DNA of 34,911 bases from Deltaproteobacteria bacterium (lineage in GTDB: Bacteria; Myxococcota; Myxococcia; SLRQ01). The stretch is taken from assembly GCA_007128675.1 (NCBI GenBank), contig SKWY01000299.1:1-34911 (forward strand), in the 5' to 3' direction. Positions within the stretch are counted from its first letter, which is position 1; every line of letters begins with the position of its first letter. The notes beneath the pieces were generated by a model that saw only the letters and a program-made list of their open reading frames with translations, was not told the origin of the DNA and did not search any database. Shown here one piece after another: positions 33,440 through 34,911 of this stretch. Made by a program: the position numbers and the translations under genes.

Positions 33440-34066
33440 ATGAAAAAAATCCAGGTTCTACTGGCCGCAACAAATGTCTTCGTTTTGACCCTCGCCTTTT
33501 CGGCGATACTCCTCGTGGGCTGTGCCAGGGGACAGAAGCCTGACCCCGAGACCAAGCCGCCCACACCGCCTCAAGGATACTCGGTGGCCCCCTTCTTCCC
33601 TTTGGAGGTCGGGAATACCTGGCGATACAAGGCCCACCATCTTGGAGAGACGAACGAGCACGAGGTTCGCATCGTGAGTCGGGAAGGGGCTTGGTTCGTC
33701 GACAGCGAGGGCGAACGATTCCTCGTCGATGGCGAGGGACTCCGAGGACCCGATCGCTACCTGCTTCGTGCACCGCTGCGTCCCGGTGAGGAGTGGTCAT
33801 CGGTGGTCGATCTATCCGTTACCGAGCATTACGAGATAACGGAGACCGGCGTATCGGCTAGTGTCCCTGCCGGAACGTTTCACGGTTGCCTGCGCGTAGT
33901 TGGGCGAGTCAGGATCAACCCAACGATAACCTTGTTCAAGCAAGATACATACTGCCACAGCGTCGGCCTGGTTCGAGTTAGAACCTGGCTCGACGCCGCG
34001 GCAAAGGGAAAGATCCCTCAAGCGGAGCTGGAGCTTGTCAGCTACCAGCTCGTCGATGGTGACTGA
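33440..34066 (+). CDS. Lipoprotein of unknown function
   Basis: The ATG at 33440 gives MKKIQVLLAATNVFVLTLAFSAILLVGCARG, a signal peptide plus an LVGC lipobox. The mature part is about 180 aa and looks beta-rich. Confidence 0.6.
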   Translation: MKKIQVLLAATNVFVLTLAFSAILLVGCARGQKPDPETKPPTPPQGYSVAPFFPLEVGNTWRYKAHHLGETNEHEVRIVSREGAWFVDSEGERFLVDGEGLRGPDRYLLRAPLRPGEEWSSVVDLSVTEHYEITETGVSASVPAGTFHGCLRVVGRVRINPTITLFKQDTYCHSVGLVRVRTWLDAAAKGKIPQAELELVSYQLVDGD

Positions 34067-34072
34067 TACCCG

Positions 34073-34911
34073 TCAGTTCTGGATCCGGGTGGCTTCGAAG
34101 GTGCCATGTGCATCGTGAAGCTCACCGTCGATACCGATGGTGCCGGACCAGACGCCGTTCGAGAGACGATCGGGCTTGAGGTCGCGGGAGTCATCGCTCA
34201 ATTGTGCGGCGCCTTCGAGCGTTAGCGTGTTCGTGTAACCGATGGCCAGCCCGTTCAGCGCACCGTCGACGATGTTGCCTGCCGCCGCCAAGCCGGAGAG
34301 GCAGTATCTTTCCACGTCATCGATCGAGATCGAGATGCCCGCGATCGTGAAGTAGCCGTCAGACTCGCCGTCATAGTCGTCCAGGTTGATGGCGAACGCG
34401 GTGCAGTCGACGAGGCCCTGTAGCAGCTGTGCGCTGTTATTGGCCCCCGGAACGATGTGGGGGTAGAGAATCTCCAAGATGAAGAGGTGGAAGAGGCGTG
34501 CGTACTGGAGAGAACGTTGGTGCTCGGCGAGTCGTAGGACCTCGCCATCCACGGTAGCCTCGTACGTGGTTATGAGTTCACCAATGTGCGTATTCCTCAT
34601 TGCGATTCGGTGCTCGTCACAGCCGGGGTCGGTGGAGGGGTTGCACCCTGCCCGCCAGCGGAAGAGTACGGTCTCCCAGCGCTCGTCGACCATCAGTCTG
34701 CCGTCGTTGGTCTCGTGAATCGTCATGGTGCCTTCGTACTCCATGTTCGTCACGACGCGAACTGTATCGCTGACGTAATCGAAGAGGTTCATGAAGCGCT
34801 CGGGGACGAAGCTGCGGATCAGATCGTCCACGAAGGCAATCAGAGCCTCCTTGGCGAAACCGAAGTTCAGACCCGCCTCTTGCTCTAGGAGATTCACCAG
34901 GAACCTTGCGG
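34073..34911 (-). CDS. Hypothetical protein, 5' end probably outside the window
   Basis: The frame is open from the window edge; the codons upstream of the GTG at 34897 contain no stop. Coding-like composition, but no recognisable motif. Confidence 0.45.
   Translation of the reverse strand, partial: ARFLVNLLEQEAGLNFGFAKEALIAFVDDLIRSFVPERFMNLFDYVSDTVRVVTNMEYEGTMTIHETNDGRLMVDERWETVLFRWRAGCNPSTDPGCDEHRIAMRNTHIGELITTYEATVDGEVLRLAEHQRSLQYARLFHLFILEILYPHIVPGANNSAQLLQGLVDCTAFAINLDDYDGESDGYFTIAGISISIDDVERYCLSGLAAAGNIVDGALNGLAIGYTNTLTLEGAAQLSDDSRDLKPDRLSNGVWSGTIGIDGELHDAHGTFEATRIQN

Noticed and set aside
1-34911. CRISPR arrays, tandem repeats, IS elements, integrases or prophage genes
   Set aside because: No regularly spaced direct repeats and no transposase, integrase or phage-like ORFs were seen on reading the sequence and the ORF track. 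Repeats shorter than about 15 nt dispersed across the window cannot be excluded without a computational self-comparison.

Overview
GC-rich bacterial chromosomal window, densely coding, with about 35 CDS. I recognised no rRNA, tRNA, CRISPR array, transposase or integrase. Most genes are housekeeping or accessory metabolism. From left to right: (1) the end of an SOS mutagenesis cassette on the minus strand (lexA, imuA, probable start of imuB), with two candidate LexA-type operators. (2) aspS followed by a seven-gene operon (3666-12266). All six junctions inside this operon are 4-nt start/stop overlaps. It combines anaerobic-type glycerol-3-phosphate dehydrogenase GlpA/GlpB, an extra ferredoxin, a GlcD/GlcE/GlcF-like three-subunit flavoenzyme and a DAG-kinase-family lipid kinase. 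The large flavoenzyme subunit carries the HHHGVG loop typical of alkyl-DHAP synthase. This is my best candidate for an undescribed system. (3) pepP-thiS-thiG-thiE on the minus strand. (4) A Crp/Fnr regulator, a PLD-type cardiolipin synthase, a HAD hydrolase, a HEAT-like protein, a hemolysin-III/PAQR protein and a DnaJ-like protein. (5) A SurA-N-like gene followed by rimI-pyrK-pyrD. (6) A phasin-like protein, MTAP and a PfkB kinase. (7) A ~0.5 kb gap with no credible ORF. (8) A PilZ protein and a metallophosphoesterase. (9) A divergent pair of poorly characterised genes, followed by a lipoprotein and a partial unknown ORF. One of the pair is a 765-aa protein with an unknown N-terminal region fused to a PQQ/BamB-like beta-propeller. 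The other is a HARE-HTH protein with an apparently inactivated Mrr-like nuclease domain. Several perfect palindromes sit in promoter-proximal positions. All functional calls come from motif recognition by eye in the supplied translations. No database search was run.
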